Origin: Phaeosaccion multiseriatum
Taxonomy: Eukaryota; Protista; Ochrophyta, other classes
Direction of reading: 5' to 3'
Length of the DNA: 64,000 bases
Assembly: GCA_965112735.1 (NCBI GenBank)
Contig: OZ218951.1
Span: forward strand, 4,216,001-4,280,000
Shown here: piece after piece, positions 62,429 to 64,000 of the stretch
Layout: the number at the start of each line of letters is the position of its first letter
How positions within the stretch are numbered: position 1 is the stretch's first letter
Notes under the pieces: generated by a model
Told to the model about the DNA's origin: nothing
Databases searched by the model: none
The model's input: only the letters and a program-made list of their open reading frames with translations
Translations under genes and position numbers: made by a program

Positions 62429-64000
62429 CGTCAAGGGGCATCGGGTGCCGTCCGCTGGCCATCCAAAAAGTCGTTACGTTTCTGGGACGTCCCGTCGGGG
62501 ACGTCCGGTGGACGTCCCTGAGAACAGTGGTGTGAGGGGGCCGTTCGAAAATACGGACGTCTTCCGTACGTCCGCATTTGTGGTGGACGTCCCGGGGACG
62601 TCCACCATGTCCGGCACGCACCCCGGACGTCCACTGGCTGCGCGTGCTGGGGACGTGCACTGGGCCTTGCCGTGCCGTGTACGTGTGTGTGGGGGGACGG
62701 GGGGGACGGGGGGGACGGTGAAGGTGTGCTCGTATACCACAGGTAGGGGCGCAAGCTCGGCGTGGAATGTGCCATGACTTAGGTGTGGACTAGAAGAATT
62801 GATATTAGTATGCATTTCAGTAGACTGCTTGCGAGGCGGAAGGCTCTGTCTACTACTTCCGTTCCAATGAGTGTTGCGCCTTCTGGGGGAAGGGCTGCGG
62901 TACCGTTCGGACGGTCGCCGCTGCCTCTTGCTCTCCGCGGTCTTGGGGCCCGACTTGACCTTGTAATATGGCATTTCGGTGGGGTCGGTCTTGTCGAAGA
63001 AGAAGGAGTCCTGCTTGTAAAGTCGCCACCGAGTATTGACGGAATGGCTCTCCTCTTCTCGTTCCTCCACCTCCTCAGCGAAGGACAAATCCCAGTACCC
63101 GTCCAGCGTATCGCTGAGTTCGTAGTTGCTGCGGTGCCTGCTGCACTTGTTCAGATCGGCCGCGCGCAACAGTTGCCAGACCTTCCTTCTCGAGCCAGTT
63201 ATACCACGGGCGGCAGACCTCGCAGTCCCACCTGGGAAGCTCGCGCCGCTCCTCCTTGTTGCGCACCACTTCTCCTTCCCTTTCCCCATTTCTGCCGTAT
63301 TAGCCCGCTTGTGCTCCACCTCCTTCCTCCTGCTGCTGCTCGCCCATCCTCTTCCTTCCTCTCGTGTTGGGGCCGGGGCGTTTGGGGGTAGGAGAAGGGG
63401 GGGGTGTCCGGGTTTGGTTCATCATCTCCTCTGAGACGAGCCCGCCTCTCCTGTGGTTCATGCGCTTCTCCCGCGACGCCTCCCCGCTCCTCGCTGGTCT
63501 GTGTGCCTTTCTGCCTATCCCCCTAGTGCTGGTTCTCTCCCCTCTCCCTCTTCCTGGCCGGCGAAGCTCCCCTTGTGCTGAGTCTCTCCCCTCTCCCTCT
63601 TCCTGGCCGGCGAAGCTTTGGTCTTGCCCCCCTTGACCGATGCGCTCTCGTTAACGGAGGCCTCTTCGTCCTCCACGAAGTCGTCATCCTCCGTATCCGA
63701 ATCCGACTCCTCCGCCTCCTCCCCCACCGCCTGCTGCTGCAGCTCCTTTCCGCTCCCTCGTTCCTTCACCGGCGTCTCGCTTTGCTTCGGCGTCATCTCC
63801 TTTCCGACATCAACTCTGAGGGTGGTAGGTGGAGGCCTGCGTTGCCCCTCCTTCGTCCCGCCGGGTGGCCGGGCTCCGTCACCACCCCCTGTCGCTCTCC
63901 CTGTCCAACGCGGACGTCCCAGGTCTTCGCTCTCCCCGCCGTCGGTCTACTCTCCTACTCCATCTTCTTCGTCTTCAGTCGGAGACGAAGGTGTCGCGAG
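62429..64000 (-). mobile_element. Second, inverted and diverged copy of the TIR transposon (right end; continues beyond the window)
   Basis: 62429-62489 is identical to the reverse complement of the right TIR 51132-51192. It is followed by the GGACGTCC array and sequence homologous to 49960-51130. Confidence 0.92.
63080..63272 (-). pseudogene. CtIP/Sae2/COM1 C-terminal domain within the transposon cargo gene (frameshifted)
   Basis: VVRNKEERRELPRWDCEVCRPWY in one frame plus LNKCSRHRSNYELSDTLDGYWDLSF in the adjacent frame match the CtIP pattern VVRKKEERRKL...CxxC...Y...CSRHR..Y....TP..FW...F. Confidence 0.85.

Overview
Eukaryotic, intron-rich, microsatellite-rich DNA from a photosynthetic stramenopile (ochrophyte), shown by an aureochrome (bZIP-LOV) gene. 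Most listed ORFs are low-complexity artefacts, so I rebuilt genes by hand from GT/GC-AG splice sites. Genes in order: threonine synthase with a C-terminal hydrophobic tail, glutamate-cysteine ligase, TM RING-H2 ligase, an LRR gene probably fused to a split RGS domain, CAMK/SNF1-like kinase, V-ATPase subunit e, aureochrome, FAM227/FWWh-like protein, HAD-IIB hydrolase, LRMDA-like protein, PRCC-like protein, a NodH/Stf0-like sulfotransferase and an ankyrin pseudogene. The last third holds a 5.1-kb TIR element (61-bp TIRs, GGACGTCC subterminal arrays) between two head-to-head genes, a second inverted copy running off the window, a 452-bp MITE and a 34-bp TIR-only palindrome. Best lead: the cargo gene of the large TIR family carries a CtIP/Sae2 C-terminal domain (CxxC...CSRHR...YW), frameshifted in copy 2 and missing from copy 1. 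An 11-17-bp motif (AGTTGGTGATA) also recurs at least 10 times in both exons and introns. All family calls come from motif recognition, not database searches.
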